The translations under genes and the position numbers were made by a program. From NCBI RefSeq assembly GCF_963921235.1, contig NC_086097.1:240500001-240564000 (forward strand): 64,000 nucleotides of DNA, in the 5' to 3' direction. This DNA is from Mobula hypostoma. Taxonomy: Eukaryota. The notes below the pieces were generated by a model. The model was not told the origin of the DNA, made no database searches, and saw only the letters and a program-made list of their open reading frames with translations. Each line of letters opens with the position of its first letter. Positions within the stretch are counted from its first letter, which is position 1. Shown piece after piece: positions 12,405 through 25,526 of this stretch.

Positions 12405-14790
12405 CTTTATTCCCACTTTCTATTTTCCACCGATCAACCAATGTTCCACCCATGCTAGTAGCTTCCCTGTAGTTCCATGGGCTCTTATCTTGCTAAGTAG
12501 CCTCATGTGCAGCACCTTGTTAAAGGCCTTCTGACAATCCAAGCACACCACATCTACAGCATCTCCTTTGTCTACCTTGCTTGTAATTTCCTCAAAAAAA
12601 TTGCAGTAGGTTAGTCAGGCAGGATTTTCCTTTCAGTTTTTCTATGTTTCTACGAAACCATGCTGGCTTTGGCCTATCTTGTCATGTGCCTTAAGGTACT
12701 CGGTAATCTCATCTCTAACAGTCGATTCCAACAACTCCCCAACCACTGATGTCAGGTTAACAGGTTTACAGTTTCCTTTCTGCTTCCTCCCACCCTTTTT
12801 GAATAGCGGAGTAACATTCGCAATTTTCCAGTCACCCGGTACAATGCCTCTCTATCGATTCTTGAAAGATCATTGTTAATGCCTCCACAATCTCTCCAGC
12901 TACTTCCTTCAGAACCTGAGGGTGCATTCCATCAGGTCCAGGAGATTTATCCACCCTCAGACCATTAAGCTTCCTGAGCACCTTAGTCATAATTTTCACT
13001 GCACATGCTTACTTCCCTGACACTCTTACTGACCTTCTGGTCTACCTCAGATGTCTTCCACTGTGAAGACTGATACAAAATATGCATTCAGTTCCTCTGC
13101 CATCTCTGCGCCTCTCATTACAATATCTTCAGCGTCATTTTCTATCAGTCCTATGTCTATCCTCAACTCTCTTTTACCCTTTATATACTTAAAAAAAGCT
13201 TTTAGTATCTTCTTTGGTATTAGTTGCCAGCTTCCTTTCATAATTCATCTTTTCCTTCCTAATAATCTTCTTAGTTTCCTTCTGCAAGTTTTTAAAAGCT
13301 TCACAATCCTCTATCTTCCCACTCACTTTGGCTTCCTTGTATGCCCTCTCTTTTGCTTTTACTCTGGCTCTGACTTCACTTGTCAGCCACGGTAGTGTCC
13401 TCCTTCAATTGAAAAATTTCTTATTTGGATATATATCTGTCTTGCACTTCCCTCATTTTTTCACAGAAACTCCAGCATTGCTGCTCTGCTGTCCTTCTTG
13501 CCAGTGTCCCTTTCCAGTCAACTTTGGCCAGTTCCCCTCTCATGCCATTGTAATTTCCTTTATTCCACTGAAATAACAACACATTGGAATTTAGTTTCTC
13601 CTCCTCAAATTTCAAAGTGAACTGGATCATATTGTGTTCACTCTTCCCTAAGGGTTCATTAACTTTAAACTCTCTTATTCTCTCAGGTCATTACACAACA
13701 CCCAGTCCAGCACAGCTGATCCCCTAGTGGGCTCAACAACAAGCTGTTCCAAAAATCCATCCCTTAGACATTCTACAAATTCTCTCTCTTGAGGTCCAGT
13801 ATTGGCCTAGTTTCCCAATCCACTTTCATGTTAAAATCCCCAATGATTATCATGGCATTGCCCTTCTGACACGCCTTTTCCACCTCCTGCTGTAATTTGT
13901 AATCCACATCCCGGCCGCTGTTTGGAGGCCTGTATACAACTGCCAGTAGGGTCCTTTTACCCTGGCCATTTCTTAACTCAACCCATAGAGACTCTACACC
14001 TTCCGATCCTATGTCATCCCCTTCTAGTGATTTAATATTATTTCTTATACACAGGGCCACATCATCCCCTCTGCCTACTAACCTATCTTTTCAATACACC
14101 ATATATCCTTGGATGTTCAGCTCCCAATGGCAGCCATCCTTTAGCCAAGTTTCAGAGATGGCCACAACAACATACTTGCCAACTTGTAGCTGAATTTCAA
14201 GATCGTCCATTTTATTTCTTATGCTGCATGCATTCAAATATAACACTCTCAGTCCAGTATCTGTTGCGTTCCGTTTTAACTGCACCATGCCTCTGATGCC
14301 CTGTAACTCATCCCACTGGCTGTGATTATTCCTCATTTCCTGCCTGTCCTTTCTATCATTTCTGGTGCACGCTACCTTTGATTTATTTCTGTTCTCCCCT
14401 TCCTCAGCCCTATCACTCTGGTTCCCATACCCCCGCCAAATTAGTTTAAACCCTCCCGAACAGCACTATTAAACCTGCCTACTAGGATATTGGACCTCTT
14501 TGAGTTCAGGTATAACCAGTGCCTTTTGTACAGGTCGTATCTCCCCCAGAAGAGACCCCAGTGATCCAGGAACCTGAAGCCTTGCCCCCTACACCAGACT
14601 GTCAGCCATGCGTTGCTATGCCTGATCATGCTATGCTTGTGCTCGTTAGCTCGTGGCACAGGCAGCAATCCTGAGATTACCACCCTGGTGGTCCTGCTTT
14701 TCAGCTTCCTACCCAACTCCCCGAATTCTCTCTTCAGGACTTCCTCCCTTTTTCTACCTATGTCATTGGTACCAACATGTACCAATATCT
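12405..14790 (-). mobile_element. Degenerate CR1 LINE with ORF1 (SGNH esterase) C-terminal part and ORF2 endonuclease/RT fragments
   Basis: 14441..14812 VHVGTNDIG...GFRFLDHW; 14091..14336 LYLNACSIRNK...AISETWL; 13773..14060 VYRPPNS...IIGDFN. Confidence 0.9.
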
Positions 14791-15478
14791 GCGCGTGCAC
14801 TGGGGAGGTCAAGACCCCTATATCTGCGAGACTGTAAATCTCTGCGAGTACGCTGGGGAAGTTGAAGGCCCATTGACTACGAGTTTGAGTCTACTGGCGT
14901 CTGGAGTCAGAGGAAGACGGCCAATCCTGAGGTTGGAGGAACGTGTGCTGGAGGGAGGAATGGGGCTGCTTTGCTGTGGTTGAATGGGGCTTGTTCTGTT
15001 GTTGTTGTTTTGCTGATTGTGGTGTTCTGTGCTATTCTACCAGGAATTGTGGGCATTCTATGATGGTGCTGGAATAGAAACATAGAAACATAGAAAATAG
15101 GTGCAGGAGTAGGCCATTCGGCCCTTCGAGCCTGCACCGCCATTTATTATGATCATGGCTGATCATCCAACTCAGAACCCAGCCTTCCCTCCATACCCCC
15201 TGACCCCTGTAGCCACAAGGGCCATATCTAACTTCCTTTTAAACATAGCTAATGAACTGGCCTCAACAGTTTGCTGTGGCAGAGAATTCCACAGATTCAC
15301 CACTCTCTGTGTGAAGAAGTTTTTCCTAATCTCGGTCCTGAAAGGCTTCCCCTCTATCCTCAAACTGTGACCCCTCGTGGGCTTCTCCCAGCTCACCTTT
15401 GGGTGTGCTGCTTGTTAAAGCAAATGACACATTTCACTGCATATTTCAATGTATGTGTGACAAATAAATCTGAATCTT
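14790..15478 (+). mobile_element. Non-autonomous repeat with Rex1-like tail, split by a CR1
   Basis: Ends CAAATGACACATTTCACTG...GTGACAAATAAATCTGAATCT; homologous ends at 55735-56512 (+) and about 48832-48930 (-). Confidence 0.5.
15075..15378 (-). mobile_element. Young CR1 3' fragment (CTATGTTT family)
   Basis: AAACATAG repeats; near-identical to the 3' end of 8580-10472. Confidence 0.9.
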
Positions 15479-15624
15479 CAATCAAGAATGCAATCACAAA
15501 AGCACACTCCTCCTATTCCCTATTATTTTATAGATTCTTTTATTCTTCAAAAAACACTACTACTTAAAATTGATTCACTATTCAAGTGGGAATCCTAAAT
15601 AATCGGCAACTGACTGAACTTGTT

Positions 15625-15892
15625 TAAAGCCTAGAAGGATGTCCCTTTAGATTAAAGACAAGGAGCAATTTCATTAGCCGGGGGAGGTGAATCTGAAATT
15701 GTAGTGGCCAAGTGATGGGGTACAGTATATTTAAAGCAGAAGTTGGTTGGTTCTGGATCAGTAAGGGTATCAAAGTTATGGGGAGAAGGCAGGGGAATGG
15801 GGTTGAGTTGTCAGCCATGATGAATGACAGAGCACAATCGGTGGACCAAGATGAATTTATGAATGATCCTATGTCTTATGGACATGTGGTCT
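15625..15892 (+). mobile_element. Old CR1 3' fragment
   Basis: TATATTTAAAGCAGAAGTTG...GGGAGAAGGCAGGGGAATGGGGTTGAG...CCTATGTCTTATGG. Confidence 0.7.
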
Positions 15893-16065
15893 TACAAGAT
15901 ATATTTCAATCAAATCCATCAGTCAATGTACACTTGGGCAATGTTGCTCTGATACGTTACCACATCTTACACTCAACCTGTGACCACCCTAAGTGTTTGG
16001 TGAAAGACTCACTCAATTGATTGCTCCAATAGTTGGCTGGCAGCTTGTACTGTCAAAGACGTTTT

Positions 16066-16943
16066 TACATAGAAAACATAGAAAATAGGTGCAGGAGAAG
16101 GCCATTCGGCCCTTCGAGCCTGCACTGCCATTCAGTATGATCATGGCTGATCATCCAACTCAGAACCCTGTACCTGCCTTCCCTCCATACCCCCGGATCC
16201 CTTTAGCCACAAGGGCCATATCTAACTCCCTCTTAAATATAACCAATGAACTGGCCTCAACTGTTTCCTGTGTCAGAGAATTCCACAGATTCACCACTCT
16301 CTTTGTGAAGAAGTTTTTCCTAATCTCGGTCCTAAAAGGCTTCCCCTTTATCCTCAAGCTGTGACCCATCGTTCTGGACTTCCCCAACATCGGGAACAAT
16401 CTTCCTGCATCTAGCCTGTCCAATCCCTTTAGGATTTTATACGTTTCAATAAGATCCCCCCTCAATCTTCTAAATTCCAATGAGTATAAGCCTAGTCGAT
16501 CCAGGCTTTCATCATATGAAAGTCCTGCCATCCCAGGAATCAATCTCGTGAACCTTCTTTGTACTCCCTCTATGGCAAGAATGTCTTTCCTCAGATTAGG
16601 GGACCAAAACTGCACACAATACTCCAGGTGTGGTCTCACCAAGGCCTTGTACAACTGCAGTAGTACCTCCCTGCTCCTGTACTTGAATCCTCTCGCTATA
16701 AATGCCAGCATACCATTCGCCTTTTTCACCGCCTGCTGTACCTGCATGCCCATTTTCAATGACTGGTGTATAATGACACCCAGGTCTCGTTGCACCTCCC
16801 CTTTTCCTAATCGGCCACCATTCAGATAATAATCTGTTTTCCTATTTTTGCCACCAAAGTGGATAACTTCACATTTATCCACATTAAATTGCATCTGCCA
16901 TGAATTTGCCCACTCACTCACCTAACCTATCCAAGTCACCCTA
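16066..16943 (-). mobile_element. Young CR1 3' fragment (CTATGTTT family)
   Basis: Open ORF 16160..16921 (253 aa) WQMQFNVDKCEVIHFG...LEFRRLRGDLIETYKIL. Confidence 0.95.
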
Positions 16944-17077
16944 TATTTAAATAGCTCTGGGACATTTGGAAATAACTGAAAAAAAGAAAAAAATATATAA
17001 AATGGTATACATGTAGGTATGTAAAATTACAGACATACAGCTTACGCCAATTAATTGAAACATTGATTATTTTATTA

Positions 17078-19205
17078 TTGAATTGTCGTTATTTCTTATA
17101 TCCATACATGAGAAGTAAAAATCTTCATGTTACATCTCCATCTAAATGTACATTTATAATAGTACATTTCATAGTAATTTATAATAACTTATAATAAGTA
17201 GAACAGTCAATGTAATATTGAGTACACTCAAATCAGCGCGAGTTCATCAGTCTGATGTCCTGATGGAAGAAGCTGTCCCGGAGCCTGTTGGTCCTGGCTT
17301 TTATGCTGCGGTACCGCTTCCCAGATGGTAGCAGCTGGAATAGATTGTGATTGGGGTGACTCCGGTCCCCAATGATCCTTCGGGCCCTTTTTTCACACCT
17401 GTTGTTGTAAATGTCCTGAATCATGGGAAGTTCACAACTACAGATGTGCTGGGCTGTCCGCACCACTCTGTGCAGTGTCCTGCGATTAAGGGAGGTACAG
17501 TTCCCATACCAGGGAGTGATGCAGCCAGTCAGGATGCTCTCAACCGTGCTCCTGTGGAATGTTCTTAGGATTTGAGGGCCCATACCAAACTTCCTCAAAT
17601 GCCTGAGGTGAAAGAGGCACTGTTATGCCTATTTCACCGCACAGCTGGTGTTTACTGACCACGTGAGGTCCGTGTGAATGGATGCCGAGGAATTTAAAGC
17701 TGTTCACCCTCTCAACCCCAGATCCATTGATGTCAATAGGGGTTAGCCCGTCTCCATTCCTCCAGTAATCCACAAGCAGCTCCTTTGTTTTGGCAACATT
17801 GAGAGAGAGGTTGTTTTCTTGATAACACTGTGTCAGAGAGATGACTTCTTCTCTATAGGCCACCTCATTATTGTCTGAGATAAGGCCAATCAATGTAGTG
17901 TCATTGGCAAATTTAATTAGCAGATTAGAGCTGTGGGTGGTGACTCAGTCATGGTTATACAGGGAATAAAGGAGAGGACTCAGTTCACAGCCCTGAGGGG
18001 CTCCTGTATTGAGAGTCAGAGGGGGTGGAGGTGAGGGAGCCCACTCTTAAAACCTATTGGCAATCTGACAGGAAGTCCAGGATCCAGCTGCACAAGGCAG
18101 GGTCAAGGCTGAGGTCTCTGAGCTTCTTGTCGAACCTGAATGGAACTATGGTGTTGAATGCCGAACTGTAGTCCAAGAACAGCATTCTCACATAAGCATC
18201 TTTCTTCTCCAGATGTGTAAGGATGGTTTGTAGAGCTGTGGCTATTGCATCATCGATCGGTTGTGTCAGTAGGTGAATTGTAGAGGGTCCAGTGTGGGTG
18301 GTAGCAGGCTGCAGATGTAGTCCTTGACCAGCCTCTCAAAGCATTTGCTTATTATTGAGGTGAGTGCAACAGGACGCCAGTTGTTCAGACGTTTTACCTT
18401 GGTCTTTTTTGGTACAGGGACAATGGTAGATAATTTGAAGCAGGAGGGCACTCTACACTGAGAGAGGGAGAGATTAAAAATATCTGTAAACACATGTGCC
18501 AGTTGAGCTGTGCAGATCCTGAGTACTCGCCCTGGGATGCCGTCCAGTCCCACAGCCTTGCGACTGTCCACTTGTTGGAAACATCTGCGTACCTCAGCCT
18601 CAGAGATGACCAGCTTGCAGGTTGTAGCGGAGGCTTTCCTCGGAGGCTCAGAGTTAGATTACTTAGATTACTTTATACGTTATTGTCGCCAAACAGTTGA
18701 TACTAGAACGTACAATAATCACAGTGATATTTGATTCTGTGCCTCCCCCTCCCTGGAGTACAAATCAATAGTAAATATTAAAAATTTAAATTATAAATCA
18801 TAAATAGAAAATAGAAAATGGAAAGTAAGGTAGTGAAAAAAAACTGAAAGGCAGGTCCGGATATTTGGAGGGTACGGCCCAGATCCGGGTCAGGATCCGT
18901 TCAGCAGTCTTATCACAGTTGGAAAGAAGCTGTTCCCAAATGTGGCCGTATAGATCTTCAAGCTCCTGAGCCTTCTCCTGGAGGGAAGGGGGATGAAAAG
19001 TGAGTTGGCTGGGTGGGTCATGTCCTTGATTATTCTGACAGCACTGCTCCGACAGCGTGCGGTGTAAAGTGAGTCCAAGGATGGAAGATTGGTTTGTGTG
19101 GTGTGCTGCGCCGTGTTCATGATCTTCTGCAGCTTCTTCCGGTCTTGGACAGGACATCAAACCGAGCATAAAAGCGATTTGAGCTCATCTGGGAGAGAGG
19201 CCACG
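17078..19205 (-). mobile_element. Rex1/Babar LINE fragment interrupted by a second Rex1 subfamily
   Basis: ORFs 18266..18571 (KAVGLDGIPGRVL...WRPVALTS...LDPLQF), 17540..17893 (LNVAKTKEL), 17233..17598 (ESILTGCIT.WYG, LLPSGKRYRS); resumes at about 19156. Confidence 0.85.
18655..19155 (-). mobile_element. Rex1/Babar 3' fragment (different tail) nested in previous element
   Basis: ORF 18890..19120 IIKDMTHPANSLFIPLPSRRR...NSFFP; tail TAGATTACT repeats at 18655-18672. Confidence 0.8.
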
Positions 19206-19261
19206 ATGTTAAAAATACACTTGACATACCTTTTAATCAAAGTTAATAGCCCCATTCAGAT

Positions 19262-19768
19262 TCATAGTGTCATAGAAAAGTACAGAACAGAAGCAGGCTC
19301 TTTGGACCATCTAATCCTTGCCGAACCATTTAAAATGAATAGTCCCTTCAACCTTCACTGGGAACATAGTCCTCCGTACCCCTACCATCCATGTACCTAT
19401 CCAAACTTCTCATAAACTTTGAAATCAAGCTCACATGCACTGCTTGCGCTAGCAGATCATTCCACACTCTCATGACTTTTGGAGTGAAGAATTTTCCCCA
19501 CATGTTGCCCTTAAACCTTTCACCCTTAACCCATGACCTCCAGTTATAGTCCCACCCAACCACAGTGGAAAAAACCTGCTTACATTTACCCTAACTATAC
19601 CCCTCATAATTTTGCATACCTCTGTCAAATCTCACCTCAATCTTTAATGTTCCAAGGAATAAAGTCCTAACGTATTCAATCTTTCCTTATAACTCAGGTC
19701 CTCCACCTCCCGGCAATATCCTTGTAAATTTTGCCTGTACTCTTTCAACCTTATTTACAGTTTTCATC
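19262..19768 (-). mobile_element. CR1 3' fragment
   Basis: ORF 19348..19563 VKGERFKGNM.GKFFT...VWNDL. Confidence 0.8.
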
Positions 19769-20384
19769 TGCTCATGAAATCGTAATTAGAGCATTAAGAG
19801 TGCACTTCAGTTTATTCATTGTTATTTTATCTCAGAATAGCTGTGGTTTTCAAGTTTATGATGTGCATTATATCCAGTAACATACTGTATGTGGCTTGGC
19901 ATGAAAATCAGGCTCAATATCCGATATCCAGGCCAAAATATTGTAATAATTCTTAGAAGGCAGTGTGTCAACTCCTGTCAAAGATAGAATGAATGATAAG
20001 CCAGAGACCCTTTATAAAACAAAATTCAACTGAGGAGGCTAATAGGAAAAGAATCAGGCCCCTCAGTCCAGTATTGAAAGCCCTTGGACACAATGGTGAG
20101 TCTAGGGACAAAGAGAGAAATCAAATGCATTTGATATCAAGAAACGTGATGACTTCCATGCAGCAATGCACAGTCGTGGAAGACCCTGCCATGCTTACTG
20201 GAGTGAGATGGTAGCTCTCTGTGGTCTGGCCAGTTGGCTCACAACATTTTCTGACCCAACATCCTTGAGTTCCTTGGGAACATTTTTGTCAAGTGAATCT
20301 ATCATTAAATGACTTCTACGCCAAGCAAAAGTCCATAAACATTTGCAGTTACTGGATGGGATCAATGATTTCTGTATATGCTTA

Positions 20385-23300
20385 GACCATAAGTCAATAA
20401 GACATAGGAGCAAAATTAGGCCATTTGGTCTGCCATTCAAGTTTGGTCTGCCATTCAATCATGGCTGATTATTTTACCCCACTCCCCAGCCTTCCCCTCG
20501 TAACCTTTGATGCCATGCCCAATCAAGAAACCATCAAGCTCTGCCTTAAATATACCCAATGACCTGGCCTCCACAGCTGCCTGTGGCAATAAATTCCACA
20601 AATTCACCACCCTCTGGCTAAAGAAGTTTCTCAACATCTCTGTTTTAAATGGACGCCCTTCTACCCTGAGCTGTGCCTTTGACTCCCCCACCAGGGGAAC
20701 CACCCATTCCACATCTACTCTGTCTTGGCCTTTCAACATTCAAAAGGTTTCAATGAGATTCCCCCTCATCCTTCTGAATTCCAAACGTCCCTCGTATGGT
20801 AGCCTTTTAATTCCCAGAATCATCCTTGTGAACTTCATCTGAAACCTCTCCAATGCCTGCATATCTTTTCTTAGATGAGGAGCTGTTCACAATATTCAAG
20901 GTGAGGCCTCACCAGTACCTTAAAAGCCTCAGCATCACATCCCTGCCCTTGTATTCTAAACCTCTTGAAATGAATGGTAACATTGCATTTGCTTTCCTCA
21001 CCATCGATTCTACCTGCACATTAACCTACAAGGTGTTCTGCACAAGGACTCCCAAGTCCCTTTGCATCTCAGATTTCTGAATTTTCTCCCCATTTAGAAA
21101 GTAGTCTGCACATTTACTTCTACTACCAAAGTGCATGATCTTGCATCTTCCAACATTGAATTTCATTTGCCACTCTTCTGCACATTTTCCTAATCCGTCT
21201 GTCCTTCTGCAGCCTACTTGTTTCCTCAACACTACCTGCCCCTCCACCAATCTTTGTATCAACTGCAAACTTGACAACAAAGTTATCCATTCCATCATCT
21301 ATATCATGGATATACAGCATAAAAAGAAGCAGTCCCTACACCAACCCCTGCCAAACATCACTACCCACTGGCAGCCAGCCAGAAAAGGATCTTTTATTTC
21401 CACTTGCTGCCTCCCATCCTCAGTCAGCCAATGCTCTAACCATGCCAATAACGTTCTTGTAAAACCATGGGCTCTTAAGCAGCCTTATATGTGACACCTT
21501 GTCAAAGGCCTTCCGAAAGTCCACATATACAACATCCACTGCATCCCCTTTATCTATTCTACTTGTAGTCTCCTCAAAGAATTCTGAAAGGTTCATCAGG
21601 CAAGATTTCTCTTCAGGAAACCATGCTGACTTTGTCTGATCTTGTCCTATGTCACCAAGTACTCCAGAACCTCATCCTTAACTATTGACTCCAACATCTT
21701 CCCTATCCCTAAGATCAGGCTATCTGGTCTAAAATGTCCTCTCTGCTGCCTTCCTCCTTTGTTAAAGAGTGGATTGACATTTGTAATTTTCCAAACCTCT
21801 GGCACCATGCCAGAGTCTAATGATTTTTGAAAGATCATTACTAATGCCTCCAGAATCTCTACCGCTGCCTCTTTCAGAACCCTAGGGTGCAATTCATCTG
21901 GTCTGGGTGACTTATGTACCTTAAGGTCTTTCAGCTTTTTGAGCACCTTCTCCCTTCTAACTACACTCACTTCTCTTCCCTCACGCCCTTCAACATCTGG
22001 CACATGGCTAGTGTCTTCCACAGTGAAGCCCGATGCAAAATACTCCATTAGTTCATCTGCCATCTCCATGTCCCCCTTTATTATTTCTCCGGCTTCATTT
22101 TCTAGTGGTCCTGTATCCACTTTCATCTCTCTTTTATTTTACAATCTTGAAATAGCTTTTACTATCCACTTTGACATTGTTTGCTAGCTTGCTTTCATTT
22201 CTCATCATTTCACTCCTAATGATTCTTTCGATTGCTCTCTGTTGGATTTTATAAGCTTCCAAATTCTCTGTCTTCCCACTAATTTTTGCTTTGTTGTATG
22301 CCCTCTCTTTTGCTTTTGCATTAGCTTTGACTTCCCTTGTCAGGCGCGGTTGTACTATTTTGCCATTTGAGTATTTCTCTGTTGTTGGAATACCCCTATC
22401 CTGCACCTTCCTCATTTCTCCAAGTATCTCACGCCATTGATGCTCTGCTGTCATCCCTGCCAGCATCTCCTTCCAATTTACTCCAGCTAATTCCTCTCTC
22501 ATATCATTATAATTTCCTTTACTCCACTGAAACACTGCTACATCAGACTTTACTTTCTCCCTATCAGATTTCAAGTTGAATTCAATCGCATTGTGATCAC
22601 TACCTCCTCAGGGTTCTTTTACTTCAAACTCCCTAATCATCTCCAGTTCATTACATAACATCCAATCCAGTATAGCTGATCCCTTAGTAGGCTTAACAAC
22701 AAACTGCTCTTAAAAGCCATCTTGCAGGGACTCAACAAACTCACTCTCTTGAGATAATATTGGTTCCGAATGCAACCCATCGCTTTTAAACAGGTCATAC
22801 CTCCCCCAGAAGAGATCTCAGTGATCCGAGAACCCAAAGCCCTGCCCCCTGCACCAACTTTTCAGCTACACATTTATCTGCCGAATCATTCTGTTTCTAC
22901 TCTCACTAGCGCATGACACAGACAACAATCCAGAAATTACTATCCAGGACACCCTGCTTCTCAGCTTTCCACCTAGTTCTCTAACTTCTCTTTTCAGGAA
23001 CTTTTTGCTTTTCTTTCCTATGTCATTGGTACCAATATGTATTGAGACATCTGGCTGCTCTCCTTCCCTCTCCAAAAAGTGGACGGGATCTGAAACGCCC
23101 CTGACCCTGGCACCTGGGAGGCAACATACCATTTGGGTGTCCTGTTATCCACAGAACCTCCAGTCTGCTCCTCTGACTATTGAGTCCCCTAACACTATCG
23201 CTTCCCTCTTCTCCCTCTGTCCCTTCTGCACCACAGACCCATGCTCAGTACCAGTAACCCGGTCTCTGTGGCATTCCCCTGGGAGGTCATCCCGCACAAT

Positions 23301-24075
23301 AATATCCAAAATGGTATACTTATTATTGAGGGGAATGGCCTATTCACATTTCCATTTCTCCTGACAGTCACCCAGCTGCTCACCCCTGCAACTTCAGTGT
23401 GACTCCTTCCCTGTAACTCTGATCAATTATCACCTCACTCTCCTATACAGGCCAAAGGTCATCCAGCTGCTGTTCCAGGTCCCTAACACGGTCGTCAAGG
23501 AGCTGTAGCCAGATGTACTTCAAACAGATGTAGTCCTTTGGAAGACTCTTGGTCTCCCAGGACTCCAACATCTGGCATGAAGAACACACAACAGTCATTT
23601 ACTACATTTGGCACAGTAAGAGAGAAAAAAAGGGAATCTTAACAGAAGTGTGGTAATCCATATATATATGTTGTAACTGGGTTAACTGTCTGGACACGCC
23701 CCTCTGCTGACTGCCCCTGTGGCTCCTCCCACATAATCCTGTATAAAGGGTTTCACCTTGCCCCTCCTCCTCAGTCCGGGGGCAGACACTCACCATGGAG
23801 GTCGTATTGTACAGCGAATAAAAGCCTTTCAGTATTTTACCCAACCTCAGTCTTTTGGCATTATTGAAGATGCTTCAAGAAGCTTACCCAGGGCCAATGC
23901 CTCTTTCGAGCAGAAGCCTCCTTTGAGCCAAAGGCTGACACTCCTACTCTCACTGACCTACTCCCAACAATGGCCACCCTGCTAGTGCTTTTAAACAAGC
24001 GTCACTGATCTGCAAGAAACCTTGTTGCTGTGGCCTGCTCCTGCCTCTGATTGGACCATCGGAGTGCTTGGTCGA
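20385..24075 (-). mobile_element. Long degenerate CR1 LINE (5' UTR, ORF1, ORF2 with deletions, 3' tail)
   Basis: ORF1 22866..23132 (MVCCLPGARV...IHIGTNDIG); ORF2 22134..22574, 21647..22126, 21026..21298, 20455..20739; tail at 20385-20420. Confidence 0.85.
23649..23877 (+). mobile_element. Solo LTR (229 bp)
   Basis: TG...CA ends; 5-bp TSD AGAAG at 23644-23648 and 23878-23882; TATAAA near 23742 and AATAAA at 23817-23822. Confidence 0.85.
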
Positions 24076-24159
24076 TAACATCAGAATCAGAATCAGGTTT
24101 ATTATCACTGTTATGTGACTTGAAATTTGTTAACTTACCAAAACTTCAATGCAATATAT

Positions 24160-24973
24160 CAGGGGTCCCCAACCTTTTTTGCACCGCGGACCGGTTTAAT
24201 ATTGACAATATTCTTGCGAACTGGCCGACCGGGGTAGGGGTGGGGGGGAGTGTGTTCAAGTAGGGTTAAACGTTAAACTCACCTCAACATGTCTTTTACA
24301 GTTAGGGTTACCAACTGTCTCACTCCCAAATAAGGGACAAAAGTAGCAGTCAAATCCCGGGACACTTTACCCCAGGAAATGCTACCATGACCATGAAGCC
24401 TTGCGTGGGCACCTGTGTGCACGTGCGTGACGTGTGCATATGATGTGCCCATGCGCATACGTGCCGATTTTTCCCCCACAAATTGGTTTTACCTTCATCT
24501 TCCTGACTATACTGCACATACATTATTTCTACTTTATATAGGCTGTGTATTTATTATATCATTCCTGCTTTTACTATATGTTAGTGTGATTTATTTTTGG
24601 TTTTATGTGTTATGTGGTATGATTTGGTAGGTTATTTTTTGGGTCAGGGAACGCTCAAAATTTTTCCCATATAAATTAATGGTAATTGCTTCTTCGCTTC
24701 ACGCCATTTCGGCACGAAAGGTTTCATAGGAACGCTCTACCTCAGCGGGGGAATTACTGGACAAGGGCGGTCCCGTATGGGACAAACCAATTTAGCCCAA
24801 TATACGGGATGTCCTGGCAAATACGGGACAGTTGGCAACCCTATGTTCAAGTTCAACAGTGCGTGAGAGGGAATGAGGAAAGGTGCAGCTGACTCATATC
24901 GTTTCCTTACGGCCCGGTAGCACATGCTCTGCGGCCTGGTACCGGTCCGCGGCCCGGTGGTTGGGGACCACTG
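24160..24973. mobile_element. Non-autonomous hAT (Charlie-like) DNA transposon, composite
   Basis: TIRs CAGGGGTCCCCAACC / GGTTGGGGACCACTG; 8-bp TSD CAATATAT (24152-24159) / CAATACAT (24974-24981). Confidence 0.85.
24261..24843. mobile_element. Nested hAT-like element (TAGGGTT(G/A)CCAAC termini) containing a pogo/Tigger-like end
   Basis: 8-bp TSD TGTTCAAG at 24253-24260 and 24844-24851; TIRs TAGGGTTACCAACTGTC (24303) / GACAGTTGGCAACCCTA; subterminal GGGACA repeats; internal GGAACGC...GCGGGGGAATTACTG. Confidence 0.8.
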
Positions 24974-24997
24974 CAATACATTATCTAGCAAAGAGAA

Positions 24998-25032
<35 letters not shown>

Positions 25033-25526
25033 TATCAGGTGCCGAGCCCAGTTTGAGCTTTGACTGCCATGGCCCACACACTCCAGTTTCGGGTCAAGTG
25101 GATCAATTCATTGGTATTCATTTCCAGTTCTCTGGCTGCTGTCTCCATCATCATTTGTCTTTGTCTTCTTCTTGCTTTCTTCCCTTCAATCTTCCGCATA
25201 ATTACCGTGCATTCTAACTCGTCTTTCCTAATCACATATCCAATGAAGTTACGTTGCCTTTTCATGATCTCATACGTTATTTCTCTTTTCGCGTTTGCTC
25301 TGTTCATGACATCCTCGTTAGATATTCGTTTCGTCCATGATATTCTTTGCATCCTCCTCAAAAACCACATCTCTGCTGCTACAATTCGTTTCCTCATTTT
25401 ACTAGATATTGTCCAACATTCTGAGCCATATAACATAACTGGATAAACGTAACATTTCAGTACTCTGAGGCGGGTTGTCATGCCTAGTTTAGTACTGGTC
25501 AGTATAAGCTTCATTCTCATAAAGTG

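Larger units (their letters stand above)
8410..12405 (-). mobile_element. CR1-clade LINE (family C) ORF2, interrupted by two younger CR1 copies
   Basis: Collinear segments 8410-8580, 10471-11005, 11605-12405; ORFs 11972..12364 (KSPGPEEIYPRIL...NYRPVSLTS), 11650..11979 (QHGF...DFRKAFDKV), 10630..10881. Confidence 0.85.
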
